Shown one piece after another: positions 1 to 10,520 of a DNA stretch of 64,000 nucleotides. Location of the stretch: the NCBI RefSeq assembly GCF_006345805.1, contig NC_043008.1, positions 57,722,001 to 57,786,000 of the forward strand, written 5' to 3'. The translations under genes and the position numbers were made by a program. Within the stretch, counting starts at the first letter, position 1. The number at the start of each line of letters is the position of its first letter. The stretch comes from Octopus sinensis. Taxonomy: Eukaryota. The notes below the pieces were generated by a model that worked only from the letters and a program-made list of their open reading frames with translations, did no database searches and had not been told where the DNA came from.

Positions 1-139
1 GTACTTAATTTATCGACCCCGAAAGGGATGAATGGCAAAGTCGACCTCGGCAGAATTTGAACTCAGAACGTAACGGCAGACGAAATACGGCTACGCATTT
101 CGCCCAGCGTGCTAACGTTTCTGCCAGCTTGCCGCCTTC
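1..139 (-). mobile_element. tRNA-derived SINE family B, 5' part (cut by the window edge)
   Basis: Head ggcggcaagctggcagaaacgttagc, B-box-like gagttcaaattc, core ctttgccattcatccctttcggggtcgataaattaagtac; aligns to the copy at 43620-43860. Confidence 0.85.
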
Positions 140-142
140 GCA

Positions 143-292
143 GCGTCACTCATTTTTGCCAGTTGAGTGAACTGGAACAACGTGAAATGAAGTGTTTTGC
201 TCAAGAACACAACGTGTCGCCCGGTCCAGGAATTGAAACCACAATCTCATGATCGTGGTGCTGACACCCTAACCACTAAGCCACGCGCCTCC
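143..292 (-). mobile_element. tRNA-derived SINE family E (CORE-like body)
   Basis: A box TGGCTTAGTGG, B box GGTTTCAATTCC, then gtgttcttgagcaaaacacttcatttcac; second copy at ~31620-31878. Confidence 0.75.
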
Positions 293-488
293 CCTAGTAA
301 TCATCATACCATTACCCACATTCCTTATTTTAATGACTCTAAAGAATATAACACTCAGATATTTGAGGTTCAGTGAACTTAGCATAATAAAAAATTTTTC
401 AGGAAATATGGTCAGATCAATAACATTTGAATTTCTCTAAGAAAAAAAAAAAAAAACCTTACAAAATCACTAAGAATAGTTTACTCAC

Positions 489-756
489 CAACAAACGTTA
501 TTTTTGGAGTAGCCATAACTTTTTTGACGGTCTGAGCTTGACCAGTATTGGTAGCAGTTGCTGTGGTGCCCTTGCTTAGTGTTTTAACTGAAGAAACAGA
601 CCCCGTAGTAGCTGAAGCAGTCTGCGACACAGGGCTAGTAGGAGATTTAGTGGTTGTGGTAGTAGTTCCAGTAGAAACACTAGTTTGGCCAGGAGACACA
701 ACAACCGGATCAGTTGAAGGAATTGGTTTCCCAAGTCTTGTATGCAACTTTAAAAC
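489..756 (-). CDS. ZFR: ZFR exon, post-finger-2 helix and S/T-rich linker; gene continues beyond position 1
   Basis: tcttctgatcag|GTT TTA AAG ... TTT GTT G|gtgagt; 268 nt. Reads VLKLHTRLGKPIPSTDP...ATPKITFV(G), matching ZFR VVKLHTKLGKPIPSTEP...TPKINFVG. Confidence 0.97.
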
Positions 757-825
757 CTGATCAGAAGAGAAAAAAAGATAGAATGTAGAACATATATACA
801 GGTTTAGAATCTGACAGTGCAGCTA

Positions 826-1035
<210 letters not shown>

Positions 1036-1097
1036 TTAAATCCCATCTAATCAGAACTTGGAAAACAAAACTAATTTCAGGTTACTAAATTAAATAG

Positions 1098-1531
1098 ATC
1101 TTTTCTTTTTGAACGGCAGTTTTCAACACAATTTCTAGTTAACTAAACACTTTTAAACTTCGTATACTGGTAGAATGTGTTTATAAAACATCATTTTTTC
1201 TTGGCTTTATTGATACTAGGGTTATAATTAGGGTTAGGGGAAGGGTATCTTTTTTTCTTTGCAAATGTAAATAAACCCAATCTTTTTCTTAAAGGAGGGA
1301 CATATTCATACAGCACGGAATGTTGTTTACCTAAATGGAGGTCAGCGATTGGTCAAAATTGCTGAAATGCTTGATTTTAAAGTGGAAATATCTTACAAAC
1401 TATAGAATTTTCTCAATAAAGCCAAGAAAAAAATGATGTTTTATAAACACATTCTACCAGTATACGAAGTTTAAAAGTGTTTAGTTAACTAGAAATTGTG
1501 TTGACATATGCTGTTCAAAAGGAAAAGATCC
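1098..1531. mobile_element. MITE of the 8-bp-TSD family, rearranged fold-back copy
   Basis: Termini (gg)ATCTTTTC...GAAAAGATCC; TTAAATAG at 1090-1097 and 1532-1539; ~117-bp inverted arms; the interior is the reverse complement of the interior of the 57384-57795 copy. Confidence 0.85.
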
Positions 1532-2129
1532 TTAAATAGCTTTAAAAGTTTTGAAAGCTGTGAAGTTTAGCAGCTAGTTATTTACAATTCTTTTATGAGA
1601 AAACTGGGTGGTCGAGAACAAAAACTGGTATCTCAACAATGAAATAAAAAAACCATTCCTTACAATTAAATTTCTCTATTTTAACTTTATTTACGTAATA
1701 TTTCAACTGAGAAAATCTCCAACAGCAATTAACAACTTTAGTCACATACTTGAGTGGAAGGAAGATTGCAAGGTTCTGAGATTTTCCATAAATCAACCTC
1801 CCTTTTATCCCTAATAAACATTTAAACTAAAAATGTTACTTAAAGACAATTAAAATTCTAATGCACCAAAACCCTGTATGAATTAAAGAATTCCTGTTTT
1901 ATGAACCTTGCACTTTAGAATTAATAACTAAAATAGATTGTTAATGGCTTGAAAAAGAACCATTAACCGTTTAGCATTTTCTGCCCTCATTCTTGATCCC
2001 TCTCTCTCTTTCTCTTCCCCTTTGACTAGGTAACTAAGTATCTCCTTTACACCTGCACACCTGTTTCGGTTCTCTTTCTTGTTACCTCTCTCTTCCTCTC
2101 ACTGGCAGGCTAACCATGTCCCTCCTCTA

Positions 2130-2535
2130 CAGCAAGACACCTATTTCTGCCTCTCTGTCTCACTATAACCTTTCATCATCTCACACATGATCACCTCCTC
2201 CAATGCTCCCTCCCTCAAAATTTCTTGTCTAGCAAGTTACTTGGTGACCCTGCCAGTGCCGGTAGCATGTAAAAAGCATCCAGTCCACATTGTGAAGTGG
2301 TTGGCATTTGGAAGGGCATCCATCAGTAAAAACCATGTGAAAACTGACCTCACCTTTGCTGGTGCCATATAAAAAGCACTCAGTTCACTCTGCAGGGTGG
2401 TTGGTGTAAGAAGAGTATCCAGCCATAAAAACCATGCCAAAACAAACAGAAGTATGGTGCAGGCTTCTACCTGGCTGGCTCCTGTCAAACTGTCCAACCC
2501 ATGTCAGCATGGAAGGCAGATGTTAGACGATAATT
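2130..2535 (+). mobile_element. RTE-type 3' end (family C tail with CT-rich upstream part)
   Basis: gtgccggtagcatgtaaaaagcatcc...ggaagggcatcc...aacccatgtcagcatggaagg; a related copy lies at ~28040-28365. Confidence 0.7.
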
Positions 2536-2629
2536 ATATCTAACCCTTATCTATTCTACTGGTTTTATGTTCAAACCACCGTATCCAGCCTCTTACATCT
2601 ACTCAATTCTAAAATAAACAACCACAGGT

Positions 2630-2812
2630 ATGGGTATGGTAAGAAGCTTTCTTCCTAATCACATGATTCTGGGTTCAGTTCTGCAGTGTGGCACCTTGGG
2701 CAAGTGTCTTCTGTAGCTTCAAACCGACCAAAGCCTTGAGTCGATTTGGTAGGCAGAAACTGAAAGAAGCGTGCAGTGTGTGTGTGTGTGCATGTATGTA
2801 TGTATGTATATA
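2630..2812 (+). mobile_element. SINE family A, 5' half
   Basis: ggttcagttc B box, gcaccttgggcaagtgtcttct, ggaaactgaaagaagc, ending in the TG/TATG microsatellite. Confidence 0.75.
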
Positions 2813-3146
2813 GGCCTGTGATATACAGGACACTGACTGGGAGAACAATGCCTGTCATCGCCACAGATAGAGGAAGCAGATTAAGGAGGGGATCGACACT
2901 TTTGAGAGAGCACGTATCCAGCATGAAGAACTTAAGCGAGCTGCGCGAAAGCGCACGGCTCGTATAGTGAATGGGGAAAGCTTGGTTGCAATGTTTGCAG
3001 TTGTGTATGCTTGTCAAGAGCAGGGCTCATTAGCCACCAACAGAGCTGCAAATGCAAAATATAAGATAGTCCTAGAGCGCACAATGTTCCTGAAGGTCGG
3101 CAATGGTCTTCCTCGGTCACGAGTGGACGGCCATCATCATCATCAT
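2813..3146 (+). mobile_element. 5'-truncated RTE/BovB-type LINE: ORF2 C-terminus, 3' UTR and (CAT)n tail
   Basis: Translates as DTDWENNACHRHR*RKQIKEGIDTFERARIQHEELKRAARK and, after a frameshift, CNVCSCVCLSRAGLISHQQSC. This is the WE..A.DR..WR...FE..R plus C-x2-C..SR.GL.SH..C end typical of BovB-like RTEs. Ends ggacggc(cat)5. Confidence 0.8.
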
Positions 3147-3229
3147 ACATACATATATATATACACACACACACAACTGTTTCTGCGTTCGTCCTCCACC
3201 AATGCTTGAGAATCGGTGTTGCTGTGTTT

Positions 3230-3855
3230 CATCATCATCATCATCATCGTTTAGCGTCCGTTTTCCATGCTAGCATGGGTTGGACGGTTCTACTGGGGTC
3301 TGTGAAGCCAGAAGGCTTCATCAGGCCCAGTCAAATCTGGCAGTGTTTCTACGGCTGGATGCCCTTCCTAACGCCAACCACTCCGTGAGTGTAGTGGGTG
3401 CTTTTTACGTGCCACCCGCACTGGTGCCAGACAGAGCTGGCAAACGGCCACGAACGGATGGTGCTTTTTATGTGCCACCGGCACGAGGGCCAGGCGAGGC
3501 TGGCAACGGACACGAAACGGGGCGGTGCTGGCAACGGTCGCGAAACGGAAAGTTCTCTTACATGCCACCAGCACTGGTAACACATCTGCAATTTCCATTG
3601 ATCGATTTCGATTCTGATCGTCACTTGCCTCAACGGGTCTTCACAAGCAGAGTTTTGACATGCCACCGGCACTGGTAGCACATCCGCAATTTCCATTGAT
3701 TGATTTCAATTCTGATCCTCACTTGCCTCATCACGTCTTCACAAGTAGAGTTTTGTGTCCCAAGAAGGGAAGGTATGCATACGTAGGCTGGCTCCATCCC
3801 ATGTAGAAGGCCACGGGTTATGGACTCACTTGTCCTGCCGGGTCTTCTCGCGCAC
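3230..3855 (-). mobile_element. 5'-truncated RTE LINE (family C): last ORF2 codons, repeat-containing 3' UTR, (GAT)n tail
   Basis: Minus strand GTGCGCGAGAAGACCCGGCAGGACAAGTGA = VREKTRQDK*, followed by a UTR with tandem GTGCC-nnn-GGCAC cores and ...ggacgctaaacgatgatgatg. Confidence 0.75.
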
Positions 3856-4142
3856 AAGTGAGTCCATAACCCGAGTTTACATCAGCAAAAAGAGACTGAT
3901 AGAAAGTATTGGGTTTCATTCATTAATATAAATATTCTTCAAGGCGGTGCCCAAGTATGGCCGCAATATAATGGCTAAAGGAAATAAAAGATACAAGACA
4001 TCACTGAAATCTTGAAGCTACAGGATAATGCATGATAATCTTCAAAACAACATGGATAGCTAATCATGACATTTGACAGTAACTTTGAATGTTTAAGAGT
4101 TATTAAAACAGAACAAATTAAACACAAAGTTCATAAGCTTAC

Positions 4143-4339
4143 CTGAGGGCCAGCACAACTAATTTTACAGACATCACAATAATGGAGTTGGGGTTGTTTT
4201 GGAGGAGGTTTTTGTTTCTGCATCTTTTGGCCAAAAGTAGCTTGTTTCTTGAAAGCCCAATTAGTAGTAGTCTTAGCTTGCTGCTGCTGCTGTTGTTGGT
4301 AGTAAGATGTCGCAGCTGAATAGAGAGCGGCATCATAAC
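4143..4339 (-). CDS. ZFR: ZFR exon, poly-Gln and N-half of zinc finger 1
   Basis: cctttccag|GT TAT GAT ... CCT CAG|gtaagc; 197 nt. Reads [21 protein letters not shown]...[23 protein letters not shown], matching the diagnostic ZFR motifs YEAAVYSAASSYYQQ and [14 protein letters not shown]. Confidence 0.98.
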
Positions 4340-4494
4340 CTGGAAAGGACAAACATCAATGAACTGTAGTCGTACCTTATTTTATGGGGATACAGTTTGC
4401 GGCATAGGACATTCAAATTTAAGGAAATCATCATTAATTATTTTTTTTTATAAAATGATTAAACAAAGGTTTTCAAGAAAAGGAAACTGAAATA

Positions 4495-4830
4495 CAGTAA
4501 TCCCTCAACTATCGTGGCTGTTACATTCCAAAGCCCCCCCCCCCCCAGATGAAAATTTGAAGTAGAAACAGTACTGTACTGTATATTGTTTTTTACTATT
4601 TTTATATATTTATTTTATTATAAATGCAAAACCATGGAGGGATCAATGTAAGCTTAAATAATAAACCAGGATTAATGTATAGTCTATCTAAATGACTAAA
4701 ATAAAATTTATGACCTCACACAAAAACATTGATGCTGTTTGTATATAAAATGACAGCAATGCAAACAATTTATAATTAAAATAAATAATAAAAAAAAACA
4801 ACTTAATTGCTGTAAAAAGCAGTATCCAAA
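4495..4830. mobile_element. Tigger/pogo-like DNA transposon end (partial)
   Basis: TA|CAGTAATCCCTCAACTATCGTGGCTGTTACATTCCAAAGCCCCCC resembles Tigger-type termini; the second end was not located. Confidence 0.5.
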
Positions 4831-4844
4831 TGTGATCGATGCCA

Positions 4845-5005
4845 GTACCTGCCTTACTGGCTCTTGTGCCGGTGGCACATAAAAAGCACCCACTACACTC
4901 TCAGAGTGGTTGACATTAGGAAGGGCATCCAGCTGTAGAAACATTGCCAGATCAGATTGGAGCCTTGTGCAGCTGCTGGCTTTCTAGACCTCAGTCAAAC
5001 CTTCC
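4845..5005 (+). mobile_element. RTE 3' UTR fragment (family C)
   Basis: gtgccggtggcacataaaaagcacccactacactctcagagtggttgacattaggaagggcatccagctgtagaaac; opposite orientation to the 3230-3855 copy. Confidence 0.8.
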
Positions 5006-5319
5006 AACCATCATAGATGAAGATGCGAGTGTGCATTTAAGAAGCTTGCTTCCCAACCATGCTGTCCTTGGATTCAGTCCCACAGGATGGCACCTTGGGC
5101 AAGTCTCTTCTACTATAGACCCAGGTCAACAAAAGCCTTGTTAGTGGATTCAGCAGAATTTGAACTCAGAATGTTAAGATGGACAAAATGCCACTAAGCA
5201 TATTGCATGGCATATGCTGACGATTCTGCCAGTTTGCCACCTATTAATACTTGTACAAAACAAACATTTAGTATTTGTGACATTATGCAAACATGAAAAC
5301 CCTACAGACAAAACTTATA

Positions 5320-5705
5320 GGCACAGGAGTGGCTGTATGGTAAGTAGCTTGCTTATCAACCACATGGTTTTGGGTTCAGTCCCACTGCGTGGCATCTTGG
5401 GCAAGTGTCTTCTACTATAGCCCTCGGGCTGACCAAAGCCTTGTGAGTGGATTTCGTAGACGGAAACTGAAAGAAGCCTGTTGTATATATGTATACATGT
5501 ATGTTTGTGTTTGTCCCCCCAACATCGCTTGACAACCGATGTTGGTGTGTTTACGTCCCCGTAACTTAGCGGTTCGGCAAAAGAGACCGATAGAATAAGT
5601 ACTAGGCTTACAAAGAATAAGCCCTGGTGTCGATTTGCTCGACTAAAGGCGGTGCTCCAGCATGGCCAGTCAAATGACTGAAACAAGTAAAGAGTAAAAG
5701 AGAGT
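5320..5705 (+). mobile_element. SINE family A, full length
   Basis: A box TGGCTGTATGG, B box GGTTCAGTCCC, CORE-like gcatcttgggcaagtg, central (TA/TG)n, tail (AAAAGAGT)n. Confidence 0.9.
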
Positions 5706-5922
5706 ACCCTACTTCTTTAGATACGTTTGCTGATAATCAAGTTTTTTTTTTTTTTTTTTTTATTAAATAGATCTCTTTCCTTCTGTATGTATATATAGAT
5801 TAATCTTTCACCATCTAGGCTTGCATAGTTTCTGTTTACAAAACAATATAGATTTTGGGGACAGCTGTGATTGAAAATACTGCAGATATCTTGTGAAATG
5901 AACCCATGATATTATAACTTAC

Positions 5923-6114
5923 CAGAATAGGATCCTGAGCTTGTAGTCGAAGCATAACTTGGAGTTGCATAAGTTGTAGCAGCGGTAGGAGTAGTTGTGG
6001 CTGTGTAGACATAGGTAGCAGGAGTTGTAGTAACTTGCACTGGAGTAGCTTTCTGTGTGGCTGTTTGCCGGGGTTGGGTCTGATAAGTGGTACTAGTTGT
6101 ATAAGTTGGTTTCG
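5923..6114 (-). CDS. ZFR: ZFR exon, T/P/Y-rich linker
   Basis: atttcag|CG AAA CCA ... TAT TCT G|gtaagt; 192 nt, phase 1-1. Reads (A)KPTYTTSTTYQTQPRQ...SYASTTSSGSYS(G). Confidence 0.95.
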
Positions 6115-7059
6115 CTGAAATAGATATTACAAACTTCATATAGTTGGCTAAACAACATCACATTTGATTAAACATGTCAACTAACAAAAAAAAAATAAAT
6201 AAATAAAAAAAATATAAAAAGCTAAAGCTTTACTGTTTGTTTACTTTTACTACTTCACTATTATTGTTTGTTTTCATTATTGGCCAAATTCTTTCCAATT
6301 CACATAACACATTTTCATCTGCTATCATACAAAGACATTCTTTTCCTTTACAAACAACTGTGATACTCTACACATTTTATTTTATCTTTGAGGCACCATT
6401 CTAATAAATTCCAAAATAAAAATCGGGTGAATAATTAAACCGTAATTATATTTCTCATTCACAACTCTGCATTTGCCAGATTGGAAAGATATTCGCTTGT
6501 CCTAATTAATCATCACTTAAATCTACTCAACGTTAAATGATTGCACAAGTAATCTTGATCAAAAACAATACAATATACTTAAATGAGAAACCAGAATTCT
6601 ACAAACATTTATCAAGATGTAAGGACAACAATGAGAAAAGAGAAACACTAGACTAAGCATGGGCAACATTTTCTGAGAAGCCACACGAGACATAGCTCAT
6701 CATAAAACACTATTACAGAGAATTTTTGTTGGGCATGCCATTCAGAAAGTCCCATGGGCCGCACATGACTGTCCTAGACAGTCTTCTAAAAGTTAAACTA
6801 GACTATGATAACAGCTTCTAGACTATGATAAAAGCTTCATCATTATAGTTCAGAATCTAAAAGATTCTCTGCAAGCAAAGTAAAATAAAGTTAGAATATC
6901 TTTATGAACAAGACCACAGCTAGTAACCCCTATTAGAAAGTAACTGGACATTCCATCCGAATAAAAGAAGCAACTGCAATACTCTGAAACTGTCCCAGAC
7001 GATAAGCATAAAACCATCCTCAGAGACAGAAAGATAGAAGCTAAACATTATCCTCATCA

Positions 7060-7437
7060 GCGCAGGAGTGGCTGTGTGGTAAGTAGCTTGCTTACCAATC
7101 ACATGGTTCCGGGTTCAGTCCCACTGCGTGGCACCTTGGGCAAGTGTCTTCTACTATAGCCTCGGGCCGACCAAAGCCTTGTGAGTGGATTTGGTAGATG
7201 GAAACTGGAAGAAGCCCATCGTATATATGTATATATATATGTGTATGTTTGTCCTCTCCAACATTGTTTGACAACCGATGCTGGTGTGTTTACGTCCCTG
7301 TCACTTAGTGGTTCGGCAAAAGCGACCAATAGAATAAGTACCAGGCTTCCAAAGAATAAGTCCTGGGGTCGATTTGCTCGACTAAAGTTGGTGCTCCAGC
7401 ATGGCCACAGTCAAATGACTGAAACAAGTAAAAGAGT
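7060..7437 (+). mobile_element. SINE family A, full length, followed by an RTE tail fragment (-) to ~7590
   Basis: Colinear with the 5320-5705 copy. Confidence 0.9.
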
Positions 7438-7974
7438 ATCATTTAACGTCTGTTTTCCATGCTGGCATAGGTTGGACAGTTTGACAGGAGCTGACCAGCT
7501 GAAGGGCTGTTGAGGCTCTGTCTGTTTTGGATGCCCTTCCTAACAACAACCACTTTATGGAGTGTACTGGATGCGTTTACACAGCAACTACAAGCCTGAG
7601 CTGAGAGACAAGAGATGCTCAGCTGAAGAGGGTTGCAAGGGACGAGCCTGTATTCAAGGGCAACCATGCTTTTACTTTGTCAAAAACTGATGAAACTTCA
7701 GGTTATACAGTGAAATCAAAGCAATGAAGGAAGATTTCTAAATACAAAGATGTGGTATTGAAGGCTTTTCTAGCAGATACTCATACATGAAACCCATGGA
7801 AAAATATTCTTCGGGTATTTTTTTTCATAAAACACACAAAAGGCAAATATATGAATGCTTGAAAACCCAAAAAGCATCATAATTTTAGGATATTTGAACT
7901 ATCTTTGGTTAATAAAGGTTCCTGTAAAGTGCTTGAATACAAAAATAACTGAAGTACATATAACCACCTGAACA

Positions 7975-7994
7975 AATATATATGTGTGTGTGTG

Positions 7995-8046
<52 letters not shown>

Positions 8047-8232
8047 AATATGCATATATACATACACACACACACACAAATATACATACACATACATATA
8101 TACACACATGCAAAAATATACATATATACATACATACACACACACACACACAAATATACATACACACACACACACACACAAATATACATATACACACACA
8201 CACACATGCCATGCATATACATAACACACATA
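7975..8232. repeat. Compound (TG)/(TA)/(CA) microsatellite
   Basis: Visible directly; it produces the low-complexity ORFs in the track. Confidence 0.95.
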
Positions 8233-8276
8233 CAAGCTTCAGACAGTGAATTGTTGAGGCATAAAATAATACATAC

Positions 8277-8397
8277 CAGCTTGGTAATGTGTTTCTGCAG
8301 CAGTGTAAGAGGCTACAGCAGCAGCAGCAGCTGCTGCTGCTGCTACACCTTGAGTAGGTTGGTAGTAAGCTTTAGTCTGATCGTAAGTCACGGCAGG
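8277..8397 (-). CDS. ZFR: ZFR exon, poly-Ala region (missed by the ORF track)
   Basis: tatctttttacag|CCT GCC GTG ... CAA GCT G|gtatgt; 121 nt, phase 0 to 1. Reads PAVTYDQTKAYYQPTQGVAAAAAAAAAVASYTAAETHYQA, similar to the human ZFR segment I recall as PAVAYDSKQYYQQP..AETYYQ. It resolves the phase mismatch between the flanking exons. Confidence 0.93.
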
Positions 8398-8506
8398 CTG
8401 TAAAAAGATAAATATTCATCATCATCATTGTTGTTGTTACATGTTCGGAAATGTCTACAAAACCTTCCACTAAAATTTACAAAATACAATTCATTCTCAT
8501 ATTTAA

Positions 8507-9070
8507 CTCTTTAGCGATTAGTCCAACCCAAATAATCTACCTGGCTTTATGTTGAAACAAGGTAGAATCATCATCATCATCATCGTTTAACGTCCGTTCT
8601 CCATGCTAGCATGGGTTGGACAGTTCAACCGGGGATCTGGGGAGCCAGAAGGCTGCACCAGGCTCCAGTCTGATCTGGCAGTGTTTCTACAGCTGGATGC
8701 CCTTCCTAACGCCAACCACTCCGTGAGTGTAATGGGTGCTTTTTACATGCCAGGCGAGGCTGGCATGGCCACGATCGGATTGGTGCATTTTATGTGCCAC
8801 CTGCACGGAAGCCAGTCAAGGCGGCACTGGCATCAGCCACGATTTGGATGGTGCTTTTTACGTGCCACTGGCACGGAAGCCAGTCTAGGCAGTGCTAGAA
8901 TACTTTATAGTTTTATATTGAAGCCTGCTAGATTGGCTATCTAACACCTATTCTAAAAACAACCAATTCCAACAGTGAAATATTGATGTTATGAGGTAAT
9001 GCAAAATTAATTCAAACCAATATGAATAATTAAGGATTACATTTCATACAATAATCCAAATGCTAAAGGG
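8507..9070. mobile_element. TTAA-target (piggyBac-type) MITE P1 interrupted by an RTE 3' UTR (8568-8890, minus)
   Basis: ttaa|CTCTTTAGC ... AATGCTAAAGGG|ttaa, with the (cat)n-led family C sequence inside. Confidence 0.7.
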
Positions 9071-9074
9071 TTAA

Positions 9075-9271
9075 CCCTTTCGTTATCAACCAGGCTGAAA
9101 CCGTCTCTGGCACTGTTGTACAAATGTCTCGTTTTCATAAGTTTTGAATTAAATCTTCCATCAAACCTTAGTCACAATTTAAGTTCATAACACTAGCTTA
9201 ATGATAACTAAGTTATTTCACTAAATTCTTGAAACGGAGAGCATCTCAACAGAAATACAGTAACGAAAGGG
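9075..9271. mobile_element. TTAA-target MITE P2 (197 bp)
   Basis: ttaa|CCCTTTCGTTA ... TAACGAAAGGG|ttaa; TTAA at 9071-9074 and 9272-9275. Related pieces at ~23400-23534 and ~29590-29820. Confidence 0.85.
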
Positions 9272-9554
9272 TTAAGACATAAGTTTAACCCTCCATCCTA
9301 CCATCTTGAAAAGGGTACATTATACAGTCTTAAATATACCTTAAAAAAAAAACAGTTTGCTTATAATAGGAAAGCCTATGATCAAAGTTAAAATGGCTAA
9401 GTCTCAAACAATAACTCTTTAGAATTTAAACCAGCCAGACCCAGCCCAAATATTCTACCTGTTTTATGTTCAAACGAACCAGATCCAACCTCTCACACCT
9501 TCTCTAGAACATTATTCTAAAAGTCACATCATCCAAATCTTGAACCCACAAGAT

Positions 9555-9918
9555 ACTCTTACTTGTTTCAGTCATTTGACTGTGGCCATGCTGGAGCACC
9601 GCCTTTAGTCAAGCAAACCGACCCCAGGACTTATTCTTTGTAAGCCTAGTACTTATTCTATCAGTCTCTTTTGCTGAACCGCTAAGTTATGGGGATGCAA
9701 ACACACTAGCATTGGTTGTCAAGCAATGCTGGGGGGACAAACACACATATATATACGATGGGCTTCTTTCAGTCTCTGCCTACCAAATCCACTCACAAGG
9801 CTTTGGTCGGCCCGAGGCTATAGTAGAAGACACTTGCCAAAGGTGCCATGCAGTGGGGCTGAACCCGGAACCATGTGGTAGGTAAGCAAGCTACTTACCA
9901 CACAGCCACTCCTGTGCC
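9555..9918 (-). mobile_element. SINE family A, full length, inverted
   Basis: Reverse complement of the family A copies (actcttacttgtttcagtcatttgac...cacagccactcctgtgcc). Confidence 0.9.
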
Positions 9919-10520
9919 TATGATTAACTCAAACCAATGAGAATAAATGAAGTAAATTCGACAGAATAATCTGAATAAAGGATTCAATAAAACAAACAAA
10001 AAAATAAAACTTTTTTTTTTTAAGACAAAACCGTTTAAAGTTAGATTCCCCTTGATATTAACAGAACTATTTTTGCTAACAATAAAATCCAAAAATCACA
10101 AACAGTTATAACCAGGTTGCCCAAGTCCCACACAACGTCTAAATCAATCTTCAGATTCACACAGATGATAAATTTCCTTCCCTTTCACACTAATCATGGT
10201 GCCATTAGTCTTATAATAACAAGCTGCTCTTCAGGTATGTGGAACTGGATATTGTGAAATCACTGCTTTTGAGTTTGTTCCAAGTTCTAAGATTGGATAT
10301 CTGACAATTTTTAATCACTGTTTTCCTCAAACAGGGTTAAGTGAAAAAACACTTCAGTGATAATTTCCCAACTAGAATCTCAATGAATGTGACTAGTTAT
10401 TTAGAATTTATTTAGTTCAAGATATTCCCACCAGATACTGCGAGAGAGCAACCACCCCAGAACCTTGTTACAAATCAAAAATCTACAGAAGCAAAACCAT
10501 TAATAAAAAGATGAAACACG

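Noticed and set aside
548-760. Plus-strand 70-aa ORF as an overlapping gene
   Set aside because: It is the antisense shadow of the T/S/P-rich ZFR exon.
5320-5400. tRNA-like A and B boxes here and in other SINE heads
   Set aside because: They continue into SINE bodies and lack a complete cloverleaf; not tRNA genes.
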